From: an uncultured delta proteobacterium
GTDB lineage: Bacteria; Desulfobacterota; Desulfomonilia; UBA1062
NCBI GenBank assembly: GCA_963785235.1
Contig: CAWAUM010000003.1
Span: 192,001-256,000, forward strand
DNA: 64,000 nucleotides
Direction of reading: 5' to 3'
The notes under the pieces were generated by a model, which was not told where the DNA came from, did not search any database, and saw only the letters and a program-made list of their open reading frames with translations. A program made the translations under genes and the position numbers. Below are positions 29,743 through 39,781 of the stretch, piece by piece (the first letter of the stretch is position 1; every line of letters starts with the position of its first letter).

Positions 29743-30984
29743 TCAGGGGAAACTTATTGTTTTTGAGTCTTGTCCGTACAAACCATTCCAATCAACACGC
29801 ACATCCAAAGAAGTTGTCCCCGAACATGCTGACGCTGTGTATGTAAGTGTGTAATTATTACTTAGGACATTTGAAATTTGCTGTAAAATAGATTCAATAT
29901 CAGTAGCAGTAAGCGCAAGATAATATTGCCCTCCGGTTTCGCTCGCTAATCTTTGCATGATACTCGGCTTTCCATAATTCTGATCGCCATAATATATTGT
30001 GAATACTTTAATTCCTTGTTGATCGGCCTTGGTAATCACTGCGTTTAGTGTTCTGACTGAACCTTCATCATATCCGTCGGATAAGACTATTACCGCACGC
30101 TTACCTGTTCCCTGTACGGCTCTATCGATGGATTGAAAAACAGCGTCAAACAAGGCCGTTCCATCGACGACAGGATATGAAGTATTTATATAATTATTCA
30201 ATGCAGTTATTCCTGGAGTGTCAGCCGCGATAAAGAAAGGTGGCGTGCTTGACGGATAAAATTCAATAAAACCATTAAATTTGCATATTGCTGCCGAATC
30301 TACACTGCTTAGACTCTTAATAAAAGAGATAGCTGCCGCCTGTATCTCAGACCCGACCTCGACAGTGCTTCTGCTCAAATCTAACGCCAGTACCAATGTA
30401 ACTGGTGACGGATATTCAATTGCGGTTGCAGTGATGCTTTGAAGAAGCTGTCCGTTCTGATAGAGCTTGAAATTGTCTGCTGTTAATGAATTTAAGAGAA
30501 TATTACTGGTGGGATCTGTTACAGTGACATCTACGCTGATGGATGGACAACTGGTAGAGTTGACGTTGTTGATCCATGTGTTCAGCCCGTATCCAACACC
30601 GCTCAGACTAATGTCCACCGTCTTCGAATGAGGGTCATTGGAGGGAATGGAAAGTGTGGCAGTGAATGAACCCTGGCTGGTTGGAGAAAATCGAACGCTC
30701 AATGAGCCTTTCTTTAATGGCGCCAGCGTTGCATTGGAACAGGTATCAGCTACAATGCTGAACGGCTGATTGGAAACTATCTGTCCAATGTTCAGGTTCT
30801 TATGGCCTGTATTTACTATCTCAATGGTTTGATCTGCACTGTTATTCAGAACAACACCGGCAAAGTCCAAACTTGATTTAGACAGAGAAATTTTCGGTGC
30901 TTTACTGCCTCCTCCACCTCCTCCGCATCCATAAACAATCAGGAACGCACTGATCACGAATATGAGAAATTTTAAATGTTTCAT
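29743..30984 (-). CDS. Lipoprotein with Ig-like (ASH/choice-of-anchor-D-like) and von Willebrand A domains
   Basis: Lipobox LIVYGC followed by a Gly linker; F.PTSQG..TATLSIPSNDP Ig motif; MIDAS DLSRS, TALFDA and LSDG; visibly AT-rich. Confidence 0.85.
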   Translation of the reverse strand: MKHLKFLIFVISAFLIVYGCGGGGGGSKAPKISLSKSSLDFAGVVLNNSADQTIEIVNTGHKNLNIGQIVSNQPFSIVADTCSNATLAPLKKGSLSVRFSPTSQGSFTATLSIPSNDPHSKTVDISLSGVGYGLNTWINNVNSTSCPSISVDVTVTDPTSNILLNSLTADNFKLYQNGQLLQSITATAIEYPSPVTLVLALDLSRSTVEVGSEIQAAAISFIKSLSSVDSAAICKFNGFIEFYPSSTPPFFIAADTPGITALNNYINTSYPVVDGTALFDAVFQSIDRAVQGTGKRAVIVLSDGYDEGSVRTLNAVITKADQQGIKVFTIYYGDQNYGKPSIMQRLASETGGQYYLALTATDIESILQQISNVLSNNYTLTYTASACSGTTSLDVRVDWNGLYGQDSKTISFP

Positions 30985-31139
30985 ACAATCCCCTCTTTAT
31001 GTACATCTTATAGCAATTAAAATGTTAGGAGTAAATCAATTTTATTCCAGACAGTTATCCTCAGGTTGAACTGCAACAATATAAAATTATGAGCAATAAA
31101 TTTCCATGAACCTGAAAAAGAATTGCATACTATCATCGA

Positions 31140-31231
31140 GGATAATGGGGGGAGGATAATGGAGTCGGATAATGGGGTCAGGGACGATTATTAACAAAAT
31201 CTCTCAATCATACTCCCGATAAATCGACCCT
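31140..31231. repeat. GGATAATGG x3 plus GGGGTCAG-tagged imperfect palindrome
   Basis: GGATAATGG at 31140, 31154 and 31167; AGGGACGATT (31180) versus AATCGACCCT (31222) as an inverted pair. Confidence 0.65.
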
Positions 31232-31292
31232 AATAATCCCTAACACTACGATATAGAAATACTGCATCCTTTCTTGTGGGAATGAAGCAAGG

Positions 31293-32324
31293 TTAAAAAT
31301 CATTGATCGCATCAATAAGATTCCTGAGCCTGCCGAAATACCTGCGGTTGAAGTCTACCACAAGCCGCGGCAGATGGATAACATCGGCATCATCCATTTC
31401 AGCTTCCAAGGCCCCAGATGCTGCGATACTCCCCCCGGGCAGAAGGATGTCTTGAAACCGGTCTGTCAGCTTGGCGATGTCATCGGGGCTGAGCTCTGAA
31501 GTGAGCCGGATTACCAGCCGGCCGTGCACATACCGGATGCTGTGATAGCGGCGATAGAAATGATGGATCTTCTCCACCGCATCATCCACGGAACATACCC
31601 TTTCAAAGAGCGCAAAGTCCGAGGGCAGGATATAGTTGCGCGCCAGCAGTTCTTCCTCGAAGAGCTTGACCATGCGGGACCAGTATGAACACTGCGGGAT
31701 CATCCACGAGCACCAGCGGCATGGGATTGCGTTTGCCGGTCTGCAGCAGGGTGAGCGTCTCCATCGCCTCGTCGAGCGTGCCGAAACCGCCCGGGAAGAG
31801 CGCCACGGCGTCGGCTTCTTTCAGGAAGGCAACCTTGCGGTTGAAAAAATATTTGTACGTGATGACCCGCGGGTTACCCTCATCACGGCATTCGGCTTCT
31901 GCTCGAACGGCAGGCGGATATTCACGCCAAAGGAATGCTCGGAGCCGGCTCCCTCGTTGGCCGCCTGCATGATGCCTTCTCCCCCGCCGGTGATGACCAT
32001 GTAACCCGCCTCGGCGAGCTTTTTCCCGAAGAGCTTTGCCATCTCGTATAACGGATCGCCCGGCTGGGTTCGCGCCGAGCCGAAGACCGTGACCTTGCGA
32101 ACGTTGCGGTAGGGGCCGAAGACCTTGGAAGTAAACCGCATCTCCTTGAGCGTCGTGTTCATGAGCTTGAGGTCCGCGCTCTCGTCGTCCTCCTGCCCGG
32201 CCTTGAGCGAGGCGATGATCATTTCGCGGACGTATTCGGGCCTCCGGATGCCCTCGGCGGTCTTGATCAATTGGTCGATAATCTCGTCGATGGGGCCGTT
32301 ATCTTTGTTGAAATAAATTTTCAT
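31293..32324 (-). CDS. LOG/TIGR00730 family (Rossmann-fold nucleotide phosphoribohydrolase) protein; two apparent indels
   Basis: [30 protein letters not shown] and [10 protein letters not shown] motifs across three ORFs. Confidence 0.9.
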
Positions 32325-32448
32325 GACTTCTCTCCGTTTTTTCTTCCAATGTCTGCTGAAATAGCAATTATACATAGAAGCCTATTATATGAACAAGAAA
32401 GGCATCATGCTCCAGGGCAATGATCTCAAGAAAAAGTCACCACGTTCC

Positions 32449-32985
32449 TCAAGTTTTCATCAATCGAGCCCTGATATCATCGAACTCATTTGACCTTCCC
32501 TCTTTCATGGACTACTGCTCATTTCCTCAAGGTCTATTTCACATTCCAAAGCCACGAGAATAGCCTGATCGAGGCTTCGCCTGTCATTCGAGTGATAATA
32601 AGCGGCGAGCCTGTCCTTGATGCTATCTGTCGGTGAGATGAGCCGGAGCAGGCCTGTGGAAAATTCTTTTTCAATGGTTTCCCTCACAGGCTCGTCCCCT
32701 ATGGAAAGAGACCCGGCGGGAATTCGAGGAAAAACTCCGTTTCCGGATTATTAAAGTATCGATGTTCTTCAAGGAATCCGATTTTCGTGAATGCACTTCC
32801 CTGGATCTTTTGCACTCTGGCCGATCCATTTTCAATGAAGTAAGACCATATGACTGGTATCTGTTCTTGGTGTAAATGGAAACACATGCACCGCCTGAGA
32901 GAACGACCTCGATCCCGTTATCCTTGAGGTGGGTGCATACGAAGGCGGCCAGTTCTCCGATGGACATCTCTCCGAGGGGCTTCAC
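32449..32985 (-). CDS. Putative nucleotidyltransferase-fold protein (fragmented; possible pseudogene)
   Basis: VVLSGGACVSIY...SY(D)LDFI..LEFPPG..ISPTDSIKDRLAAYYH..DRRSLDQA across frames; GG..DxD Pol-beta NTase pattern. Confidence 0.6.
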
Positions 32986-33320
32986 AAGGGTTTATCCTTT
33001 CGCCTTGGACGCTTCCTGACAAGGACGAGTTCTTCTTTTTCAGCAGCAGGATAGAAGGACAAGGCCTTGTCCATGAGGGCGTTGAGCTCAGCCAGAAAAG
33101 GATAGCGGGGATTCAGCGCGTACACCCTTGTTTTCCCTGCACTCCTGCTGTAGATAATGCCCCCGAACTCGAGTCTTTCCAGCTGTTTCTGGACAGGGTC
33201 GAGGTCGGTCTTGAAGAACCGTGCAATCTTCCTGGCATATCCTTCGCCCCTTGCGTGCAGGAAAACAAGGACCCGCTCTCGATTATTGTCGAGAAAGGAT
33301 GAAGAGGTAATCGCCTCCAT
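32982..33320 (-). CDS. Winged helix-turn-helix protein
   Basis: RERVLVFL..EGYARKIARFF..PVQKQLERLE.GGII.SR.AGKTRVY.LNPRYPF; its stop overlaps the start of the NTase gene. Confidence 0.8.
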   Translation of the reverse strand: MEAITSSSFLDNNRERVLVFLHARGEGYARKIARFFKTDLDPVQKQLERLEFGGIIYSRSAGKTRVYALNPRYPFLAELNALMDKALSFYPAAEKEELVLVRKRPRRKDKPL

Positions 33321-33585
33321 GAGGCCAATCTCCTTACTCTCATTGGGACATTTACCATCAAGCTCACAGAGGGCCACTATCAAAGAGCAATAATGAAGAA
33401 CTTGCCTTGAAAAGATGTATTCTGGACAGGTCTTTGTGGGGAGTATAATTCACGAATCGTTGCCAGGACTCGGGACAGAAAGAGGGGCCTTCCTTGACCT
33501 TGGGGAATCTGCGGCTATAGTAATAGGTACTATATTCTTTATCTATTTGCAGCCTGAACATATGATTGTAAGGGGGGAGGTTCTC

Positions 33586-35262
33586 ATGGCCTTCGATCGC
33601 ATCTGGCACAGGGCATATGCCCCCGGTGTTCCTTCCGAGATCGAGATACAAAAGATCACCATGGCAGAGGCATTGTCTATCACCGCCAAGAAGTACCCTG
33701 ACTCCATTGCCTATATCTACATGGGCAAGAGAATAGATTATCAGGAGCTTGAAAGTCTGGTGAACCGATTTGCCAGGGCCTTGAAGGCACTTGATGTGGG
33801 CAAGGGTGACATTGTTGCCATGCTTCTGCCCAATATTCCTCAGGCCCCGATTGCCAATCACGCCTGCTACCGGCTCGGCGCCGTAACCGCCATGAACAAC
33901 CCGCTGTATACCGAGCGGGAACTCGCCTACCAGCTCTCTGACTCACAAGCCCGTGTCATCGTTACCCTTGACCTCCTCCTGCCAAGGATACTCAAGATCA
34001 AGGACCAGACAAAGATCGAGGTCATCATCACCTGCCACATCAATGACTTCCTCCCCTTCCCCAAGAAGCAGCTCTTCCCCTTCGTGAAGAAAGATATGTT
34101 CCGGAAAATCGAACCGCAGGCAGGGGTGTTTCAGTTTCTCGACCTTCTGAGATCTTATCCGGATACACCCGTAGAATCCGAGGCCGGGTGGGAGGATCTT
34201 GCCGCGCTCATCTACACAGGCGGGACAACCGGACTGAGCAAGGGGGCCATGCTTACCCATGAAAACATCTCTTCGGTGGTGCAGATCTTCAGGGCCTGGT
34301 TCCCGGACCTGAAAGACGGCCACGAGAGCCTGCTGGGCGTCTACCCCATCTTTCACTCAGCAGGCTATTCCGTAAGCCAGAACTTGCCCATATGGAGCGG
34401 GTGGACCTGCATACTGGTGCCGAGGCCTTCGCCGGAGATCATTGTAGAGCAGCTGAAAAAGTTCAAGCCCGGGTTTCTTCCGGGTGTGCCCACCATCTAC
34501 ACGGGCCTGCTGCAGAATAAAGAGTTCTGCACCATGGACTTGAGCTTTGTGAAGGGCTATTTCGGCGGTGCGGCACCCCTGCCCGGGGAAACGGTGAACC
34601 AGCTCAAAACACTCCACGGTGCGATAATCCATGATGTCTATGGCACCACCGAGAACACGGCCTTTGCAACCTGCACTCCATGGGGCGGGAAGGTCAAGCC
34701 CGGTACCGTGGGTGTGCCGCTGCCTAATACCGATATTATGATCGTCGACCTTGAAAAGGGTGTAACCGGGCTCAACACCGGCGAATCCGGGGAGATCTGC
34801 ATCAAAGGCCCACAGGTGATGGCAGGGTATTACAATAAGCCGGCGGAGACCGAACATTCCCTCAAGTCAGGCTGGTTCTACACCGGCGATATCGGCTACC
34901 TCGATGATGACGGCTACCTCTGTATCATAGACCGCAAGAAAGACATGATCATCTCAGGTGGCTTCAACATCTATCCCAAGGAGGTCGACGGGATTCTCTT
35001 TGAGCATCCCAAGGTCCTGGAGGCATGCTCCATCGGCGTGCCTGATCAATATCACGGAGAGAGCGTGAAGGCCTTCATCGTTCTGAAGGACGGTGCGTCC
35101 CTTACCCAAAGCGAGATTATCGAATATTGCAGGGATAAGCTCGCATCGTACAAGGTACCCAAGGAGGTGGAGTTCCTCGCCGAGCTCCCCAAGAGTGCAG
35201 TCGGCAAGATTCTGAGAAGAGAATTGAAGGAAAGGGAGATGCAGAAAAGGGGCATGACATGA
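33586..35262 (+). CDS. Long-chain fatty acid-CoA ligase
   Basis: YTGGTTGLSKG, YGTTE, TGDIG..DRKKD and LPKSAVGKILRR motifs. Confidence 0.93.
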   Translation: MAFDRIWHRAYAPGVPSEIEIQKITMAEALSITAKKYPDSIAYIYMGKRIDYQELESLVNRFARALKALDVGKGDIVAMLLPNIPQAPIANHACYRLGAVTAMNNPLYTERELAYQLSDSQARVIVTLDLLLPRILKIKDQTKIEVIITCHINDFLPFPKKQLFPFVKKDMFRKIEPQAGVFQFLDLLRSYPDTPVESEAGWEDLAALIYTGGTTGLSKGAMLTHENISSVVQIFRAWFPDLKDGHESLLGVYPIFHSAGYSVSQNLPIWSGWTCILVPRPSPEIIVEQLKKFKPGFLPGVPTIYTGLLQNKEFCTMDLSFVKGYFGGAAPLPGETVNQLKTLHGAIIHDVYGTTENTAFATCTPWGGKVKPGTVGVPLPNTDIMIVDLEKGVTGLNTGESGEICIKGPQVMAGYYNKPAETEHSLKSGWFYTGDIGYLDDDGYLCIIDRKKDMIISGGFNIYPKEVDGILFEHPKVLEACSIGVPDQYHGESVKAFIVLKDGASLTQSEIIEYCRDKLASYKVPKEVEFLAELPKSAVGKILRRELKEREMQKRGMT

Positions 35263-36080
35263 GTAAGAATGGTATGGCATTCACCACTATGACTTACGAG
35301 ATAATCGAACCGGGGATAGCCCTGGTGACCCTTAACCGGCCCGGGCGTCTCAATGCAATCAACCTGGCCATGCTTGAAGATTTCCAGGAGTTATTCGCCC
35401 TGCTGTCAAAGGATGAATCGGTGAGAGTCGTCATTCTCACCGGCCAGGGCAAGGGCTTTTGCTCAGGGGCCGATCTCACGGATGCGGCTGATGAAAAAAA
35501 TGCGCACTTCTTTGCCGATCCCCAGACATACCTTGCCTTTGTCCAGGAACGTTACAGTTCACTGATACAAGGCTTCAGGGATATTCCGCAGCCCATCATT
35601 GCCGCAATCAACGGCGCAGCTGCGGGCGGCGGATTCTGTATGGCCCTTGCCAGTGATATCCGGATAACATCTCCCGAAGGGTATTTCGTGGCATCGTTTA
35701 TTAACATTGGCCTGTCAGGTGGAGAGCTGGGATCGTCCTATCTGCTTCCCCGCCTCATCGGTCTGGCCAGGGCTGCTGATATCCTCTATTCAGGCAGGAA
35801 AGTAAATGCCCAGGAAGCCGAAGCTTCCGGGCTCGTGAGTGCCGTTGTCCCTCGGGAAAGGCTTCTCGAAACTGCGCTGGCCTACGCCCGCACGATGCTC
35901 TCCAAGAGCCCGGGGGGACTCAGGCTGACCAAACGGGTTCTGGACCAGAACCTGGTTGCCCCTTCCCTCAATGCCGCCATGGAACTTGAAAACAGAAACC
36001 AGGCATTGCTGGTCTTCTCCGGCAACTTCGCAAAGATGGTAAAGTCGTTCAACTACAAAAAAACGGATAAAAGGGGGTAA
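35259..36080 (+). CDS. Enoyl-CoA hydratase/isomerase family protein
   Basis: LNRPGRLNAI, FCSGADL and AAINGAAAGGG motifs; overlaps the ligase stop. Confidence 0.92.
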   Translation: MSKNGMAFTTMTYEIIEPGIALVTLNRPGRLNAINLAMLEDFQELFALLSKDESVRVVILTGQGKGFCSGADLTDAADEKNAHFFADPQTYLAFVQERYSSLIQGFRDIPQPIIAAINGAAAGGGFCMALASDIRITSPEGYFVASFINIGLSGGELGSSYLLPRLIGLARAADILYSGRKVNAQEAEASGLVSAVVPRERLLETALAYARTMLSKSPGGLRLTKRVLDQNLVAPSLNAAMELENRNQALLVFSGNFAKMVKSFNYKKTDKRG

Positions 36081-36144
36081 CGTCTCAACATTCGACATCC
36101 ATTCTCGATGGTTGAATTCCGCCCCCCCTGTTCGCACCTTTTCA

Positions 36145-36849
36145 TCATGGAGTTCCGACACTGGCAACTACGATATTACATTGAGCTGCCGGTTCCTCAA
36201 AAGTTCTTGATGCCACCTCGATCCTGTTATTGAGAGCCACGGCTCCACCGAAAATCCCGTTTAAACCTGTAAATAACGTGAACAGGACAGGCCCGTATCC
36301 GAAGGTAGCCAGATCAAACAGGATGGAAGCCGTTACGAATCCGCCGGACCTGTCGGTGAAGAACTTGCCTGACCCGGACGTATCGAGGTCCTTCTCCCTT
36401 ATAAGATCCCCATTGGGATCATCAGGTTGGATCGTATAGGAGTCATCCGGAGCGAGTGTCGTGTAGGCTATCTGATAACTTGCCTCTTCCAGCGCATCAC
36501 AAGGATGGATGAGAACCACATACTTCCCGGAAGAATCCAGCTTGTAATCAAGGACCTGGGAACGGTCGGAAACTGCATCTGAATGCATCTCATAGGTACT
36601 GCGACCTTGGGGATAGAGGTAGATTTCCGGAGGCGCCTTTCCTTTATCAACCACGGTGGAGATCACTATTCGGCTCCCCTTTTCTCCATAGAGCAGCCAT
36701 AGTTCATTTGAACCGAGGTTGCCGACTTTCGCACTGCCCGATGTCAGCTCTCCCCTGTATATATCCGTGTTCCGGGCTGCAGCGGCATAGCCTGAAACTA
36801 TCAGTATGCTTATGCCGGCAAGCACCATCACTTTCAATATCTGTCTCAT
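36145..36849 (-). CDS. Secreted/membrane hypothetical protein (PPC-like beta domain)
   Basis: RBS AGGAGG, signal peptide, beta-rich LDSSGKYVVLI segment and a hydrophobic C-terminal stretch. Confidence 0.6.
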   Translation of the reverse strand: MRQILKVMVLAGISILIVSGYAAAARNTDIYRGELTSGSAKVGNLGSNELWLLYGEKGSRIVISTVVDKGKAPPEIYLYPQGRSTYEMHSDAVSDRSQVLDYKLDSSGKYVVLIHPCDALEEASYQIAYTTLAPDDSYTIQPDDPNGDLIREKDLDTSGSGKFFTDRSGGFVTASILFDLATFGYGPVLFTLFTGLNGIFGGAVALNNRIEVASRTFEEPAAQCNIVVASVGTP

Positions 36850-37074
36850 GATTTCCTCCTTTCCAGGATCTGCACGGCAAATGATCTGGTTCGCCACCTT
36901 CCGACCAACTGTGGGATCTGAACGGGTTGGGAGGGCAGATCATGGTTTGATGTTAATGTGTTTTCTCATTTAGGGAATCGGAGTGCGGATATCAAGCACC
37001 AGGTATCTTGTTGTTATTATTACAATTTAAATATTAGAGTGGGTCGGGTCCTGGATATGGGAGGGGATCATAAT

Positions 37075-37106
37075 TGGGGACGGGTTCACATTAACTTACC
37101 CGTCCC
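37075..37106. repeat. GGGGACGG-tagged palindromic repeat (copy also at 50413-50460)
   Basis: GACGGGTTCACATTAA (37079-37094) is the exact reverse complement of 50445-50460; local stem GGGACGGGT/ACCCGTCCC. Confidence 0.8.
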
Positions 37107-37260
37107 TGGAGACCAAGACGGTGCTCCTCCAGGGGATGAAGGCCCCGGCGACATAGCTCAGACTCACGGTACGCGTCCCGATGAAGAGATCAAAGCCGCT
37201 TGTTTGCATCTCGTCGCGGATCTTCTGCAGGCGTTTCGGGTAATCGATGAAGACGTCCAT
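37096..37260 (-). pseudogene. Truncated N-terminus of an M24 (Xaa-Pro peptidase/creatinase N) family gene
   Basis: RBS AAGGAG, then MDVFIDYPKRLQKIRDEMQTSGFDLFIGTRTVSLSYVAG...VSRDG*, which stops inside the repeat. Confidence 0.6.
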
Positions 37261-37643
37261 TTCTCCTTCCGGCATCGGTTGGTTTTATGGAGAAAAGGAT
37301 GAACCGGCTCTGCGCGTTAGTCAAGGGTTTCTTCCTCCCGCGCCGTCAAGCCGTGCGACACTATTGTTATGGGGTCGAATCTTGTAATATTGGCAACCAT
37401 GGTTTTCATACATATGATAAAGAAAGCCCGGGCCTCTTGCTAAGACAATGATCCCGGCATCTTGACATAACACGAATAAACACACATACAGACACAAGAG
37501 GTGGATGCTATCCCGGAGCCAAAGATGAAAGCGCACAGAACGCACCAGCAGGATATGGAAGGTGCAGTCCCTTGTTGCCGCGAGAACAGTCCCGGGATAG
37601 CAGAGGCAGATATGGCGCACAGTATAATGATCCGGGGCTGAAG

Positions 37644-38126
37644 ATGCACACGCCTGATGCCATAATGGAGATCCTCCACCTGTTGATTCACTGGGCCAAG
37701 GCCCATCCGGTCCTCCTGACATGGCTGTGGGTTCTCTCGGTGGTAACGTTCTTCGGCTCGCTCCTGGTCATACCCATGCTCGTGGTCAGGATGCCGCAGG
37801 ACTACTTCCTGTATAATAAGTCCCACCTCCGGGAATACAGGAAACAGCACCCGGTATTCCGCCTGTTTTCTGTGATACTGAAGAATATCCTCGGGTTTGT
37901 TTTCATTGCCACAGGCATCGTCATGCTTTTTTTCCCCGGCCAGGGAGTGATCACAATCCTTATCGGGATAACACTCGTGAACTTTCCCAGGAAGAAAGCC
38001 TTGGAGATCAGACTCATTAGACAGCCTGCAGTACTCAGGGCGGTTGACTGGATGCGGTCCAGATACGGGAAAGAGCCCCTTATCCTCCCTGATGGCATAA
38101 GGGGAGACAAACATGCACCCGGATGA
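37644..38126 (+). CDS. PGPGW-domain-like small membrane protein
   Basis: KNILG..GIVMLFFPGQGVITILIG..FPRK motif. Confidence 0.75.
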   Translation: MHTPDAIMEILHLLIHWAKAHPVLLTWLWVLSVVTFFGSLLVIPMLVVRMPQDYFLYNKSHLREYRKQHPVFRLFSVILKNILGFVFIATGIVMLFFPGQGVITILIGITLVNFPRKKALEIRLIRQPAVLRAVDWMRSRYGKEPLILPDGIRGDKHAPG

Positions 38127-38185
38127 TAAAACGGAGAAAAAAGGCATCAAACATACTTTTTCCAAGGCTCGGGATACAAATCTTA

Positions 38186-38214
38186 ATAAAAGACAAAAAC
38201 AAGACCTGACTCTA
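38186..38214 (-). repeat. Half copy of the GTCAGGTCTTG repeat family
   Basis: Reverse complement GTCAGGTCTTGTTTTTGTCTTTTAT resembles the copies at 47861 and 50751. Confidence 0.55.
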
Positions 38215-38227
38215 GCTTTCTATGCTT

Positions 38228-38707
38228 TTATTTGCAATCCTCCAACGAGGCCATGTACACACCCGCTGCGACCCATACGTCCTTTCCATCCATCTTGCAC
38301 CGCTTCACATACGTGCACTTCGGATCAATCGCATTGTTCTTGGGGTTCAGCCAGTGGTAAGGTACCCATCCAAACCCGGGATTCATGGCCTTGGCATTCA
38401 TCTCGGCAACAAGATACTTGCCCTTGGCATCCTGAATCATGGTCTGGTCTTTTCCCACGAGCTTTACGGAAATGGGATGAAAGAGGCATACGGCCTTCAG
38501 ATTATAGATAAATACATACCCCTCTTCTCCACAGAACCTGAACTTCTGAAGCTCGGGAAATGCAGTCTGTCCTTTGCTCTCAAGCAAAGCTACTGCATAA
38601 TCGACTGCCTTTACCACCTCTTCTTTGGTGCATGCCGCATCCGCAATGGAATAACCGGACGAAAGAACCAGTGCCGCAACGAGGGAGATAAATAACCATC
38701 TTCTCAT
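38228..38707 (-). CDS. Stand-alone periplasmic single-Cache domain protein
   Basis: Signal peptide, YVFIY..HP..KLVGK..QDAKGK..GWVPYHW.NP..K..YV..VAAGVY. Confidence 0.88.
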   Translation of the reverse strand: MRRWLFISLVAALVLSSGYSIADAACTKEEVVKAVDYAVALLESKGQTAFPELQKFRFCGEEGYVFIYNLKAVCLFHPISVKLVGKDQTMIQDAKGKYLVAEMNAKAMNPGFGWVPYHWLNPKNNAIDPKCTYVKRCKMDGKDVWVAAGVYMASLEDCK

Positions 38708-39038
38708 AGGTAGCTCCTTTCCTCATGGTATCCAACCCATAATAATGGCGGGAATAGTTTTGAAAAGGGGCTGTCAAAGAAAATATGAACACGTGAGGGT
38801 CGGATCTTGTCAGGCCGTTGCCTTTTCGAATGAAATTCCAAGGATCAAAACCTGTCAAATTTATGTTCCCAAGATCTGTGGTTTTCCCTTCCGGAGTGTG
38901 TTGTCTGTACCTTGATATTGTGAGTACCTCGGCAGCTTGCGGCACTTATACGGTACCGGCTTTTTTATCCTGTAATCCAAAGCACAATCTTGAAATTCTA
39001 CTTTAATACTTATTCAATGATTAATGCCTAGTATCTAT

Positions 39039-39054
39039 TGGCATGCATCATGCT
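39039..39054 (+). promoter_or_regulatory. Sigma54-like promoter
   Basis: TGGCAT-GCATC-ATGCT (GG-N10-GC), about 60 bp upstream of ORF 39117. Confidence 0.45.
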
Positions 39055-39116
39055 CGACATGCAGTATCTTTCATAACAGGCTGACGCCAAGCAATCGATG
39101 GTTCAGGAGGTGATAC

Positions 39117-39482
39117 ATGAAGGATATGAAAAAGATCAAAGACAAACGACTCGTACTGCTTGAGGCCATTATCCGTTACGCCGACCAGTCTGACAACTTC
39201 AACCCACATTTCTATAAGGACGATATGCTCAAGAGACTTGATGTTTGTGAGCATTTTTTCAACATCATGCAGAAACAACTCGGAGACAGATATTGCCGCC
39301 TGGTTGACAGCTTTGAAAAAAGAAGTAAATATACCATCAATGTACTCGAATGCCTTGAACTCCGTGACCAGATAATCCAGGCAAACACACAGGAAAAAAA
39401 GCATCGTGAGAGCCGTATTATTCTACTCGAAACATTAATCGCCACTTTCCTTGTGATTATCGTTGGTTCTTGTATCATATGA
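39117..39482 (+). CDS. Hypothetical protein with C-terminal TM helix
   Basis: AGGAGG RBS; 121-aa ORF ending in a hydrophobic helix. Confidence 0.65.
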   Translation: MKDMKKIKDKRLVLLEAIIRYADQSDNFNPHFYKDDMLKRLDVCEHFFNIMQKQLGDRYCRLVDSFEKRSKYTINVLECLELRDQIIQANTQEKKHRESRIILLETLIATFLVIIVGSCII

Positions 39483-39781
39483 ACTGACAGCACATAACCA
39501 ACCAATCCACCAGGGTGCAACGGGGACGGTTCTTGTTTCACATACCTGACGAGATAAACAGGTGTGATCGTGTTTCAACTTCGACTTGTGGAACTCTTAT
39601 TCTTACAACGAGTAAAATATTTCTCTTGGGAGAACAATCTTGGGTATCCTTATTTCATAACTTGTTGAATTTGTAACAAACAGAAATGCGTACATTTTTT
39701 GCATGCAATAATTTCTGTATAGTTTAATTGATATGTTCTTACCCTCATATTACATCAAGTAATTTTGAGGAGGTTTTTGTG

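Noticed and set aside
31140-31175. GGATAATGG x3 as a possible CRISPR array or iterons
   Set aside because: The units are 9 bp with 4-5 bp spacers and no cas or rep gene is nearby; treated as part of the palindromic repeat element.
38710-39000. Possible riboswitch (e.g. c-di-GMP-I) upstream of the Cache gene
   Set aside because: Could not find the GNRA-tetraloop/receptor pattern or any other recognisable aptamer consensus.
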